NCBI GenBank assembly: GCA_964016885.1
Contig: OZ024741.1
Coordinates: 215,078,001-215,142,000, forward strand
Length of the DNA stretch: 64,000 nt
DNA from: Eledone cirrhosa
Taxonomy: Eukaryota
Reading direction: 5' to 3'
Position 1 is the stretch's first letter. Every line of letters starts with the position of its first letter. The notes below the pieces were generated by a model. It saw nothing but the letters and a program-made list of their open reading frames with translations. It ran no database searches and was not told the origin of the DNA. Made by a program: the position numbers and the translations under genes. This document shows, piece after piece, positions 1-13,501 of this stretch.

Positions 1-540
1 AGAAATAAAAATAGAATCTACACAGAGAAAAGACGCAATGTTTAGACAAATCACAGAGGCAATAAACATAAATGAACTCCAACCAAAATTAAATAGAAAA
101 CATGAATGAAATAGCAACATCTCAACTTATAATTAAGGACAAAATGAAAACACACACACATAGAACAAACAACCAACCAGTAACATGTAAATAAACAAAT
201 AAATAAACAAATATAAACACACACAGACACACGGATGTAACACATACGCAAACTATGCACACAACACACACACAAACAGGATGGCGTAGGACAGAACAAA
301 GTAGAGGCACAAAAACAAAGAAAAGTATACCGTCACTGAAGAGATCACAGAATGTGTGACGAAAGAAATTTGACAATATATGAATAACCGTCCGGTTGTG
401 GAACCAACCAACCAACCGGAAATTTATAAATTCTTAAATTTATAAATTTAATTTATAATAAATTGGACTGAATGCAATTGGTGCGTGTGTTTCTTATTGG
501 CAAAATGACCCTCCCAAAGCATAAGTTATTCATAAATATA
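1..540 (+). mobile_element. PLE family A 3' fragment (GIY-YIG C-terminus + pLTR)
   Basis: Bases 2-134 translate EIKIESTQRKDAMFRQITEAINI...LNRKHE*NSN, matching ORF 23799-24107. The downstream sequence is homologous to 24107-24500 and 33310-33740, and it ends in (TA)n. Confidence 0.85.
332..374 (+). ncRNA. Minimal type I hammerhead ribozyme (family A, slightly degenerate)
   Basis: GTCA-CTGAAGAG-ATCACA gaatg TGTGAC-GAAA-GAAA-TT-TGAC. Confidence 0.7.
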
Positions 541-613
541 TATATATATGTTTTTACATGTCAGTTGCATTCAAACTTACAATGATATGCATTATATATA
601 TATATATACATAT

Positions 614-805
614 ACAGTTGAAAATTGCAAACTCGACTGTCACCACATATCATGAACCTGAAGATTGCGAAAGCATGAAAGTACTTGTTCAATTAACACT
701 TAGAATTTAATATTCTATCATACTATTTCATTATAATACCATTATATATATTTTAAAGGATTGTAAATAAAACGAGTAAATCAGACAAAGTTGGAATTCC
801 TCTTA

Positions 806-810
<5 letters not shown>
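614..810 (+). mobile_element. Solo PLE pLTR, family C
   Basis: Essentially identical to the arms of the palindrome at 24637-25030; flanked by (TA)n; contains an HHR. Confidence 0.8.
653..691 (+). ncRNA. Minimal type I hammerhead ribozyme (family C)
   Basis: TGAAC-CTGAAGA-T-TGC GAAA GCA-T-GAAA-GTAC-TT-GTTCA; palindromic stem III AGTACT, cleavage triplet CUU. Confidence 0.8.
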
Positions 811-898
<88 letters not shown>

Positions 899-900
<2 letters not shown>

Positions 901-1240
901 CAATGGAATTGTGGTAAGGAACCAGATGGACCATAGCGCACCAGAGTACTCAATACTTAGGGTAGTAGAGTGGGAAATAGGAAAAAGTATGACCCCGACG
1001 GCAGATTTATCCAACAGAATTTAGTGAAATCCAGGGAAAAATCAATAAAGCCTTAACTCATGATAAAATAAAGTTTAAAATACTCATCCTTCAATTTGGA
1101 AAAACTACAAATGGTCTGTATAGTCTTGAAAAGACTATTTCACGAAAACTTTCAGTGGAGATGGTCACGGTTGGAATTCGATCAAGAGCAGAGCTCAATA
1201 CGATAACCAAATTCTCACTGATTAATATGCCAAAAAGGGA
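899..1240 (-). mobile_element. PLE-like pLTR fragment, family B
   Basis: 900-1000 is homologous to 33849-33950 and 50826-50910; the fragment lies between (TA)n tracts. Degenerate HHR-like motif at about 1116-1158 (minus: CTGAAAG..GAAA-TAGTCTT ttc AAGACTA-TA). Confidence 0.55.
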
Positions 1241-1320
<80 letters not shown>

Positions 1321-1368
1321 TATGAAAGTAAAACAAAGAAGCCTTCAATACATCAAAAGTCTTTATTA

Positions 1369-1406
1369 GCCAACAATGTTTCGTCTTATTAAGGACTCAT
1401 CAGGGC
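1369..1406 (-). ncRNA. Type I hammerhead ribozyme in PLE pLTR
   Basis: Minus strand: GCC-CTGATGA-GTC cttaataa GAC-GAAA-CATTG-TT-GGC. Confidence 0.85.
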
Positions 1407-3098
1407 AATTAAAACAACAAGAAGTATTATCGGCCTATACAAGCCGAAAACTCCGAAGAATATGGAGTGTACATACACTAAAGTATTGCAAGATTATGGG
1501 TAAAAATATATAATAAAAATCACTAAGGAGGTGTATAACATTTAGAACCATATTACAAATATAGTCCAAAGCAAAAAAAAATAGAGCTAAACAAAGGTGG
1601 TTATATAGAGCGGGAATTATATATAATACTATATAATATAATATAATATACTTGTAACAATATTAAAATTACAATAAAAATTAAAAGGTACAACATATAT
1701 ATGTATATGTGTACGCACACGTACGCACACATACACATACATCAATACACATATCCATCTTTAACAGCACAAATTAAACCTTATTAATAGTTTAAATATA
1801 AATAAGCATGATAGGAATAAAAATAATAATAATAGTAATAATACATATATCTAATATACATGAGGTAATAATATGATATGATTATAAGTATATAATATAT
1901 AATAAAATATACAATTATATACCATATAATATAATATAATAATAGATAATCTCCGGTTAATTTACACAAACAATATAGAAGTCACAATAATACTATAATA
2001 ATAATATAATAACATATATAATATATAATATATAATGGCATGCAAGTTAACAAATCAATCCATATAGAGTTACAGAGTAGGTGAGGAAAAATATAAATTG
2101 TACAATGCCCAAAATTATGATGGTAGAAAAATATAAACTTCTTACATGATATATAAAATTTAACATATCAAAATGTTATATATAATCAACAGTAAGTAAT
2201 AAGGATCGATAGTACAATAACAAATACAATATAAAATAATTAACATAATATAATATATAATTACTTATAATTACAAGGTTGGTAAACAGACATATATGTG
2301 GATGAGTGAGTAAGGGCCAGACAGTAAATAGAATGCACAGTAGTATTAATAAATAAATAAATAAATAAATAGAATCAACCGGAAATTAAAAAAACAAAAA
2401 CAAAAGTATACATTTAGGTCTCACAAGCAGTTAAGTGAAAACTTAGGAAACAACCCCGGTAAATGACTCGAAAACCCTATTTGATAAATTAATATTAAAA
2501 ATATTTAAAATATCTAATAAGGCAATACAATATTAGCTATGGTTTAACTAATCAAAATATATAGACGTTAATATTTCACTACAAATATATATATAAAGGG
2601 ATGCAATTTTCTACTATCATTTACATAACGATATCTAAAAAACTGACTTAAGCAGAATTATGGTAGGCTAATAGGGACAGAAAAAAAGAAATGTATGGAG
2701 GATAAAAAGGAGCATAAAATTATAGTCAATATACTATATTAAATAATAGAAAAGGAGCGTAAAAGAGGGGGGGATTAAATATAATCATAATCTATGTGAA
2801 GGGGTTGACAATAAGTTTATGTGCGCATGGGGGGGGGGTTATCCAATGAAGAATCCAAATAAAATAAAATAAAATAAAATGAAATAAAATAAAATAATGT
2901 AAAATATATAATCAGATATATACTCATAAGGTGTTAATAGTGAAAATTTAATGTGTAAGAAGATAGATATGGTATAGTAGCCAAAAGATTATGAGAGCTA
3001 GAATAAAGAGTTGTCAAAAACCAATGATAATAATGATGATAATAATGGTGGTAAACAAAAAGAACCTAAACTAAAAAATAAGTAATGGAATATATCAG

Positions 3099-5127
3099 CT
3101 AATGGATACACTTTAAACTACTAGAACCTTTAGGTTTATAATAAAAGTAAGAATTAGAAATAGTGTGGGGGCAAGAAGAGAATATCTCAGACTTTCTATT
3201 AAGTAAGGATTCGCTAGAGAAAATTATAGAGTGTGTCTCGAGGATACAGAGATTACAAAATTTAGTATGTGTAGAAAGGTTATTAGAGCGTGTTACTAAA
3301 CGCCAATTAAGGCTATATGGTATATTAGCCCCCTTAAGATCCCAGATATAGTGTGCTAAAGAAGTAGAATTCTTTAACTTAACATGTTTGAAATTAGATA
3401 TATGAGAATTAAACTTAGTCTTAAAAGTGTTAGATGTAGAGCCTATATAAGTTCTATTAGAGGAATTAGTTATAACTACGCAAGCATAGACGATGTTCTT
3501 AGAGAGGCAGTTACCGTTTAAAGGGCAGTTAGCACTCACTCTACAGTTACACTTCCGGGTGCTATTGGTTGGCTGAAGTGGTGATGCATTACACATAGGA
3601 TTGCTATTAGATAAGGTCTGTTCTGGTGGTAAGGCATTTCCAGATCTGTTCAGACTAGTAGTATGTAGAGAGGAGAATCCATCCCTAATTTTCCTATTGT
3701 TAGTGCTAGCTAAATGAGAACTAATATTAGGGGTGGTAGAGAATGAAAGTTTAATAACATTTTTATTAAAAATACTATGGTATTTATGAGAAGGGGGGAC
3801 ATTTTTCTCTAAGATAGAAAAGAAAGACCTAGGGATATTAGTTAATACTTCCTGATTATATGGCGGGTTAAAATAAGTATTTAGTCTCCTTCTATTTTTA
3901 TCCTTACCGACTCTACCATTATCTAATATCCCACTATCAAGACTAGGGTTACTACAAGGATTAGTTAAAACCGCATTATTAGAATCAGCCAAAATTCCAT
4001 TAAGTCTCCTACTGCTTCTACCTCCAGTAGATCTGCTGTCGTCTGGAATCCCATCAAAAGGATTAGGGCCAATAATAGGATCAGTAGAAGCAACATTATT
4101 AGAATTAGATCTAGCAAAATTATCACCAATGAGTGAGCGCTCAGAGGGTTCGACTTGTTTCCTAGAGGTATTATATTCCCTATTACGAGTCCCGTGGGTT
4201 AACTTATGGATGGGTTCAGATACACCTATGTAATTTTTACGGTTATTATGTTTCCTACACCCATTCATGGCCATGTTATGTGATATTATATTATGTTATT
4301 ATTATTATAAATAAGCGGAGACTTTCTAAGATTACTATTATTATAATGTATTGTACTAGAGTAACCGGAATTTGCTAGGGCATTATTATAGTACTCCGCA
4401 TGTTCATTAAATGTTCCTACGTCCTTAGAGAGTGTGGAAATCCTATTAGATACACCCTTAATTATAGAGCTTATCATAGATTTGGGGTGGTTAGAATTGG
4501 GACTAACATAAGAAAGTATTTCATTAGGCTTATGGAAGGGTTTAAAACTATTAGTGACCAAGTCCAAAGTCACATCTAAAAAGTTAACCGCTCTATCGTT
4601 TCTACCTATCGTGATCGAAAGATTATAGCCTTTAAAAAACTTATAAAGCTTCTTATTATTATGCTCGACATTGTTGGTGCTAGAGTTAATAACAAACAAT
4701 GCATCATCACGATATAGTCCGCCTTTAAGGTGCGGAAAGGTAACATATAGTTCATTTAGGAGGAACAAACCAACAAGATCAGTTACCTGGGCCGAATCAC
4801 TCGAACCCATTGTAACGTCGAAATTGTTGGGCGTGTTTTTACGGGTCCAAAATGTATCCTCAAATTTAATAATAGTTCTACGGGCTGCTAGTATAATATC
4901 TACCTGTGATCGTGTAAGGCTGGACACTCTCATGGCCAACATTAAAGCTTTATTGAGGAGGATGGGTGAAATCGATGTGTAGTAGGCATCAATATCGAAT
5001 TGGATAAACTTATTAGATTCAAGTTTATTAATCCCAGAGAACCAATCTATAACTTCCTTAGTGTTCCCCCATAGGTTAAAATTAACTTTATCCCTAACAT
5101 CTGGTATAATAAGGTCAAGGATTTTTT
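3099..5127 (-). pseudogene. PLE reverse transcriptase + GIY-YIG endonuclease (one frameshift at ~4280)
   Basis: RT motifs FIQFDIDAYY, FDVTMGSSD, GLYRDD, VNFLDVTL; linker CNCRVSANCPLNGNC; EN NIVY..TYIG..CNLCILE..LLNRKSE..CPH. The frame shifts within an (AAT)n-like linker. Confidence 0.92.
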
Positions 5128-5314
5128 TTTATATATATATATATAAGCAATGAGTTATTTAAATAGAACTCACAACATTAACTTCTAGTTTGAATATGTC
5201 ACTATCTGTAAACGAAATTTTGTATTTTATCGTACCAAAATTTTGGTAACCTTGAAATATATATAATAAAATAAATATGGTTTTATAAAGATGACTTCCA
5301 TTTATTAATATTAT

Positions 5315-5363
<49 letters not shown>

Positions 5364-5515
5364 AGTTTCCCGTAAATCGCACGACGTGTGCCCGAGATAC
5401 ACCCTTTTTCCGGATACCTTCACAAACGGAGACAGAGAAAGAGAGAGAGAAATAGATAGTGATTGTGAGAGAATAGTTTGAAAGAGAGACGTATAGACAG
5501 AGAGAGAAGGAGACA

Positions 5516-5927
<412 letters not shown>

Positions 5928-6962
5928 GGGGATACACCGGCCCCACGCCCGAACTGTACGGTCGTTACATTGACGACTGCATCGGAGCCACGACCCTCAC
6001 CCGAGAACAGCTCGACTCCTTTCTCTCCTTCTTCTGCTCCTTCCACCCCTCCCTCCACTTCACCACTTCTATCTCCACCACCCACGTCGCCTTCGACCCC
6101 TCCCACCACTCCCTCGTCACCTCCTCCTTCTTCAAACCCACCAACTCCCACTCTTCCCACGACTTCACCTCTTCCCACCCCACCCACACTAAACACTCCA
6201 TTCCCTACTCCCAACTTCTCAGGATCCGCCGCCTCTGTAGCCGAGATGCTGACTTTGAGTCCCAGGCCCTTTCCCTAGTCAGCCATTTCATCCGCAGAGG
6301 TTACCCCCCCTCTCTCGTCCACACCGCTCTCACCCGCGCCCGCGCTGTCCCCCGCTCCACCACCCCTCCACCTTACCCCTCCACCGCACCATCCGCCGCC
6401 TCTTCCGACGCCTCCAGTCCGACCCCTCCACCTCCCACATCTTCCCAACACCACCACTCCCCCTCCTTCAAACGCGCACGCAATCTCCGCACCCTCCTCG
6501 TCCACAGCTCCCTACCCCCCAACCCACGCTCTGTTCCCCCCCCCCGGTTCCTTTCCCTGTTCTAGGCCCCGCTGCAACACCTGTCCCCACATCACCAACA
6601 CCACCACCTTCCAGGGTCCCAACGGCCACTCTCTCTCTGTCCGGCATGCCTTCCGCTGCACCTCCTCCAACCTAGTCTACGGACTTCGCTGCACGGAGTG
6701 CAGCGCGACTTATGTCGGACAGACGGGACGTCGCCTGGCGGACCGATTCACGGAGTACCTCCGGGATATTCGTCTCGGGGGTAGTTCCCCCATCGCCCGC
6801 CACTTTGGTGGCCCTGGACATTCCGCACGCCATCTCACAGTCTGTGGCCTACTCCAGTGCCACGGAACACCCGCCAATCGCCTTACGGTCGAACAACGAA
6901 CTATCTTCATCTTACAGACCCACACTCCCCCCGGCCTGAACTCCCCACCCTTATTCCTTTAG
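5928..6962 (+). pseudogene. Neptune PLE RT C-half + Cys linker + GIY-YIG (frameshifted/deleted)
   Basis: YGRYIDDCIG, KPTNSH, SSHPTHTKHSIPYSQLLRIRRLCS. After the poly-C frameshift: CSRPRCNTCPHI...CTSSNLVYGLRCTECSATYVGQTGRRLADRF...PPGLN, stop at about 6960. Confidence 0.88.
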
Positions 6963-8518
6963 CCTTCGACCGCCCCCCTCCCCCCACACTTATCCCCCAC
7001 TAACACCACTAACACACCCCTCCTTTTCACCGCCCACCCCACAACTAACAATACTAACACCTCCACTCCACCCCTCATCTGACCACCCTTCCCCAACTAA
7101 CATACTAACATCCCTCCCTTCTTCTCCTCCTCCCCCTCCTTATCACACGCACACACCCACCGGCACATATATACACGCGCTCACACTAAACACACACCCT
7201 ACTACCACCACTAACCCTCACCCCCACACCTCTCACCCCCACACCTCCATCCCACCACCCCGCAACTAACCTCACTAACAGCCCCTAACCCCAAGCACAC
7301 GAACACACGCACCCACTTACACCACCCACCCCACACGCAACTAACATCACTAACACCCCCCAACCCCACGCACACGTACCCACACACCCTCGTACACCAC
7401 CAACTCTACACACCCTACCACCACTAACCCCCACTCACACCTGCATTCAATCCCTCCCCACCTCCCGTATACTAACACCCACTAACACCTCTTCATCAAA
7501 CTACACACACACCAGTACACCACACTCCCTCCATAGAACCACACACACCCTTCTCTCCCCGCTCCACCCACACCCTCGCTCCACACTCACTCATCCCACT
7601 AACACCTCTACCAATACACACACACACACCCTCCTCACTCCAACTTTCACACCTACCCATCCTCACCTCTTTACCATTCCACCGACTGCTGCTATGCCCT
7701 CTGACCACCTCCCAGCACAAACAGACACACAGCACTCCCACTGCTTGACCACTTCCTGTTGCGCGCGCACCCCACATCTCTCCTCTTCCGACCATCGCTT
7801 CATGGAATACCCGCACGCAGAAATTGACCAACACAGAATCCACTAAACACCTTTGGAATTTACCTACTTTTCAACCATCCTCTTACGTAATCACCTATAT
7901 AACTCACCCACACACACACCCCAAAAAAATGTTTTTCTCCACACGCCACCTACACCCACAACACGCTTAAACCCCACACACACGTGCTTTCCACCACATA
8001 TTTACACCCTCAGCCTCCTGATTCCTCTCCCCCCACCCCTCTATCCACACACGCACAGACACTCCGACCCCCCCCCACACACACACACACACACACCTCT
8101 TCCTGAACATGCAACCCCGTTCTTCCCCCAACCCTTACTTTCACATACACACACACACACACACGCACACCTACACACACACACCACCTTCAGCCCTCCC
8201 CGCTCGGACACCCGTCTCCCTCTCCCCACTCCACCCGCCGCCACCCCTACACACCCCACACCCTTCCACCACCTGTTTTACCCCCCTTTTAATTTCAGTT
8301 TATTTTGATCATGCTTTAAATTTAAATTTATTTCATTCCTTGTATTTAAATTTATTTCATTTATATTTAAATTTATTTCATTCCTTGTATTTTGATCATG
8401 CTTTATTTTTATTTTTATCTTTATTTTTTTATTTTTTCATTCGCACCGTTTCCTTTCGCTATATGTCTCTCCACCACTCCCCAACACACCCTTTGAACTC
8501 TGTTCCCACACACTTCTC

Positions 8519-8550
8519 ACTTGAGGAAGGGCTTATGCCCGAAACGTCGT
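8519..8550 (+). ncRNA. Minimal hammerhead ribozyme (UUGA variant)
   Basis: AC-TTGAGGA-A-GGGC ttat GCCC-GAAA-CG-TC-GT. Confidence 0.7.
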
Positions 8551-8638
8551 TCCCCACCAACACCCCACTCTCCAGAGCGTGAAATTAATAAACATTCGTT
8601 GTACTGCCTCTCTGTTTTGTCCCTGTTCAAATTTTTCC

Positions 8639-8674
<36 letters not shown>

Positions 8675-8763
8675 CCTTCCAATTAAATTTTGCATCATAT
8701 ACATCTCTGTATATTTTAATTATTTAATCTTTTTCAGTAACCCAATGGGTCATGGGTGGTCTA

Positions 8764-8809
<46 letters not shown>

Positions 8810-9295
8810 GAATAATCGAGAATCGGAATTTCAGCCCACGAAATCACGATAAACAATAAAACAATATCCGATATGTGTGGCAGAGGACTCAATAATTTGG
8901 TAAAATCAGAGCTATAACTATCGTTAAAATACCAACACATAGAGGTCATGCCTAAAATCACCCATGCAGCCGAAAATAAACGACCAGGAAGATTCGGGTC
9001 ACTCAAATAAAATATCAATAAATTAATAAATTAAATGAATGTAAAACTTACCCGGACCCGCTAGAATGATGTTAAATCTAGCTTCTTGGGTTTCTGCAAT
9101 TCCTTAATCTGAACACGATCAGCCCAATAAAAGATATATAAGGCCTATAGAGAAGAGGGGAACAAGGAAAGCTTTATCAACGAGTCTTTAGTTCCACAGT
9201 ATAGAAGGGCCCCGAAGCCGAATGACGCACATGGTATTCAGCAAGGGAGGGAACCCTTATATTAGCGAAAGAATTCGGCGATGTGTAAATTATGT

Positions 9296-9377
<82 letters not shown>

Positions 9378-9631
9378 GAATGAATAATACTTTCTTTATT
9401 TAATAATAATACTTTCTTTAATAATAACAGGTAGACATCATAAAAAGGTAATTTATTCCGAGTGCTTACAAATGTTTCAACACTAGTTATACAGCCTAGT
9501 CATGCTATTTGCAAATTGATAATTATTTGATTGCAGAAACTTAATTTTCAAATGCTGCTTCTACCGAGCAGAATGGTTAAAATGTAAATACCCTTGTATT
9601 TCTTAAAGGAAGTTATTGGGGACGATAGAGG

Positions 9632-9721
<90 letters not shown>

Positions 9722-9915
9722 TAGGGGTTGGAGAAGTGGGAGAGAGTGGTTTGAAGAATACAAATAGCTTAATCAAAATGTTGTGGTAGGGGTTTTATTA
9801 TACTGTTTACTCTCTAAGTGACAGCCTTGATGTGGTCAAGATTGGGATTATTTATTGCCACAGAGAGCAGGTTCATAAATCTGGAGAGGGAGTGAAGCCG
9901 ACCGAGGGCGAGATA

Positions 9916-9997
<82 letters not shown>

Positions 9998-10235
9998 GAG
10001 AGAGAGAGAGGGGGAGAGAGAGAAAGAAAGAGAAATAGAGAGGAGACAGACGAAGGCTACGAGATGGGTGTACATCGAGTTCATAGTTGTAGTCTCCAAA
10101 TCGCACTCAAGTACCCATTTATAATGAGAAGCAGGGTATTTGCTTGTAGTGTGCGGGTGGGGGATATAGTTAGGAAGTAGTTATTGAGAGAAATTAGTTA
10201 ACGAGAAAGCGATGTTGTAGTCTTGGGTTCAAATG

Positions 10236-11815
10236 TTAAGTTATTTTATAGTGAGAGAATTTAGCCTTCAGTTTGTGGTTGCAGTGTAACGATCGTTCGA
10301 TTCTGTTATTTAGTAATTTGTTTGAGGATTTTAAGAATAAAAAGAGTTCAAGGTTGCACAGTCTGCAGTACTTCAATCCACTCCGATATGTACTAGCGCT
10401 GGATAGTTTATCCCATTTCAAGGTGAACTGCCGGTTGCATTCTCGGAGTTGCCAGGTCTTATTTGCGAGCGTAGTCACAAGACGGTGTTTAGGATGCTTA
10501 ATCGAAAATCGATGACGATACCAGCGATATTTAAAGGAGGTACTGGTAGACCCGATGTAATACCATTTCTGGTCGTTCGATTCTACTGTGCATTGATAAA
10601 CAATGTTGGACTCTAGGCATTTGTTCTTCAATGGGCATCTTTCGGGTAGGTGGCAGTTGCAGTTTTTGTTGTGGGTAGCAGGTATACCATGGATAGGTTG
10701 GAATAACAGTTCAGGTGGGTTGTGCAATACCTGTCTCCCATTTGGTTGTTGGGAGGCCGATATTACGTTATGCTCATCCGTTACTAAATATTTTGTTTTG
10801 TAGTGTTGTTTAATAATTGTTTCTACTTTAGGCACAAGGCCAGCAATTATCCAGTGCATTACTGGTACTTTATTTTATCGACCCCGTAAGGATGAAAGGC
10901 AAAGTCAACCTCGGCGGGATTTGAACTCAGATCGTAAAGGGACGTAACTATGCTGGAAAGTACCGATACTGCCAATCCACCACCCTAGTGTTGTTTAATA
11001 ATAACTTTAAGTTAAGTTTTTTATGTATGCTTCAAGGATTGGTGCAGTGGAGTATGATAGCTTAATAGTCTTAGAGTTTAGAATCTTACTGTATTTATGG
11101 GAACTAGGGAAATGCTTGTTAATTAAAGAGATAGTTTTGTACTAATCGAAGCATTAAAACTGGGATTATACCAGATATACTTTCTACAACGTAATTTATT
11201 TGAGTTTGGTGATGATTTTCTATTATTAGTATGTCTGGTGGTACTGTGTGCGTGCGCTTGTATTTCTGTACCCCGGTTATATATTCTTTGATTGCGTGTG
11301 CAGCTATGTGTGTTATGGAGATTCTTATCAATGTATTCTATTTTATCCCGGTGGTCTGCATTCCTTAATGCGTTATTATAGTATTCAGCATGTTCACTGA
11401 AAATCTCAGAGTTAGACGTTAGGCGAGAGATTCTGAGAGAAATATTACGGGGAATCGATTTGATCACGGAAAGTGGGTGATTCGAATTAAAATTAATATA
11501 GGTAAGGTTCTCATTTATCTTGTGGAAGGGTCGTATCAGTCCAGTATTCAAATTAAGAGTTACGTCAAGAAAATTTACCACTTTCAGATTGTATTCGTAC
11601 GATATTTTTAGACCCAGTTCACTAAAAGGATTTCTAATGTTTTTCCGTAGCCTTTCAAGATTTTGGTTATTTAAGTTATTAACTAATAAAAGCGCGTCAT
11701 CTCTATATATTCCCCCCTGTAGAGTACTAAATGTTCCAAGATCCGTGACCTCCGCTGAGTCGTTAGAGCCCATGGTGATGTCGAAGTTTGTGGGTATGTC
11801 CCTACGTTCCCAGTA
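10236..11815 (-). pseudogene. PLE RT + GIY-YIG, interrupted by a SINE and frameshifts
   Basis: FDITMGSND, GIYRDD, VNFLDVTL, SNHP; CNCHLPERCPLKNKC, NIVY..YYIG, CRLCNLE..LLNN..CNH. Confidence 0.9.
10818..10985 (-). mobile_element. tRNA-derived SINE with Nin/Deu-like core, with TSD
   Basis: A box TGGCAGTATCGG, B box GAGTTCAAATCC, core CTTTGCCTTTCATCC..GTCGATAAAATAAAGTACCAG; direct repeat TAGTGTTGTTTAATAAT at 10801-10817 and 10986-11002. Confidence 0.9.
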
Positions 11816-11894
11816 GCAGTTATCTTCCTTTCTACTCTATCTTCCCCAATAACTTCCTTTAAGAAATACAAGGGTATTTACATTTTAACCATTC

Positions 11895-12011
11895 TGCTCT
11901 GAGGAAACGGTAGTGGCAGCATTTGAAAATTGAGTTTCTGCAATCAAATAATTACCAATTTGCACATAGCATGACTAGGCTGTATAACTACTGTTGAAAC
12001 ATTTGTAAGCA
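11895..12011 (+). ncRNA. Type I hammerhead ribozyme with ~90-nt stem II
   Basis: TGCT-CTGAGGA-AACGGTAGT...ACTACTGTT-GAAA-CATTTG-TA-AGCA. Confidence 0.78.
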
Positions 12012-12467
12012 CTCGGAATAAATAACCTGTTTATGATGTATACCTGTTATTATTCATTCTTTATCTACACTCCGAAATACAGAAGGATCAGAAACTGAGT
12101 TTTCCAACTATTCTTCCATAACTCGTTGAGTAACCCCTAACCGTACATCAACTCTATCTAGTGTAGTAATTAACCATTACTGCATTCGGGATAATCCTAA
12201 GCATTTCTAGCAAAACCTAATAATAATATATATATATATGTATATATATAGTATACTAGGATCGGAATTAAGAGTATTCCGCAGTTCACAGTAATAATAA
12301 TAATATTACCTCAAAGAAGAATAGAGAATTTTCTTCTGAGCTCAGATACAAATATATTACACAAATAGAAGTGTGTTACACAGTGAAATGTGTGTAAAGT
12401 ATTATACAAGTGATTTTTACCGTTACTGTATAGGAGGTTACATGTGTAGTAAACAGAAACCATATTT

Positions 12468-12536
12468 GCTGACTGGTGAACCTGTGGCTGGTAAACTGCA
12501 CATTTCTGTGGGGAAACGAACTTAATTCGTATCAGC
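12468..12536 (+). ncRNA. Type I HHR, copy 1 (core mutated to CTGGTGA)
   Basis: GCTGA-CTGGTGA-...-GAAA-CGAA cttaa TTCG-TA-TCAGC. Confidence 0.7.
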
Positions 12537-13016
12537 AAACATATAGTTATAAGGTTAGTAATTTAAAACTCTACTTCAGAGATTTGATTCTGACTTAGGT
12601 TTTTTTCTATTTAATTGCTAAACCTGTAGATATTGTTTTCTATACAGTAACGGTAAAAACCACTTGTAATAATCCTTTACACACATCTCACTGTGTAACA
12701 CACATCTATTTGTGTAATATATTTGTACCGGAGCTCAGAAGAAAATTATCTATTCTTCTTTGAGCTAATATTATTATTATTATTACTGTGAACTGCGGAA
12801 TACTCTTAATTCCGATCCTAGTATACTTAACGAGCTCCAATTTTTTGAGCTAATAAATTCTAATGTTTTGGCCTGCCCTCTCTAGCATTTTCCCCCATCC
12901 ATGAGAACCGTTATTTGATGCAAATGACACGTGATTTCGACCTACCCTGGGTAGCGTGTATATTAGCTTTCTCTCTATCCATGAGGTTAGATGTGTAGTA
13001 AACATAATCCACATTC

Positions 13017-13085
13017 GCTGACTGATGAACCTGTGGCTGTTAAACTGCATATTTCTGTGGCGAAACGAACTTAATTCGTATCAGC
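13017..13085 (+). ncRNA. Type I HHR, copy 2 (intact core, full stem III)
   Basis: GCTGA-CTGATGA-...-GAAA-CGAA cttaa TTCG-TA-TCAGC; GUA triplet ends at 13080. Confidence 0.85.
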
Positions 13086-13272
13086 AAACTTATAGTTATA
13101 AAGTTAGTAATTTAAAACTTTACTTCAGTGATTTGATTCTGACTTAGGTTTTATTCTATTTAATTGCTAAACCTGTAGATATTGTTTTCTATACAGTAAC
13201 GGTAAAAATCACTTGTAATAATCCTTTACACACATTTCACTGTGTAACACACTTCTATTTGTGTAATATATT

Positions 13273-13397
<125 letters not shown>

Positions 13398-13443
13398 ATA
13401 ATAACAGGAGGCTGGACTGGTGTAAATCCTTGAAAGGTTTATT

Positions 13444-13501
13444 ATACTATGATCATTTCAATGATCGGGTTCCATATGAATCCGGTGATATCATCAGGTA
13501 T
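13444..13501 (-). ncRNA. Type I HHR
   Basis: Minus strand: ATAC-CTGATGA-...-GAAA-TGATCA-TA-GTAT, palindromic stem III ATGATCAT. Confidence 0.78.

Larger units (their letters stand above)
1317..5127 (-). mobile_element. 5'-truncated Naiad-type Penelope-like element with ~1.8 kb 3' UTR/pLTR
   Basis: RT+GIY-YIG coding region, HHR near the 3' end, (TA)n at both ends. Confidence 0.9.
5928..8640 (+). mobile_element. 5'-truncated Neptune-type PLE with C/A-rich 3' UTR
   Basis: RT/EN coding region, HHR at 8519, AATAAA at 8587-8592, ends in (TA)n. Confidence 0.88.
9376..12225 (-). mobile_element. Naiad-type PLE, 5'-truncated, with inverted pLTR at the 5' junction
   Basis: 11835-12060 is the reverse complement of 9376-9630; extra tail at 12060-12225; (TA)n on both sides. 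Confidence 0.88.

Noticed and set aside
9215-9280. HHR-like GCCGAATGAC...GCGAAAGAATTCGGC
   Set aside because: The core deviates at two positions and it folds equally well as a plain hairpin; insufficient support.
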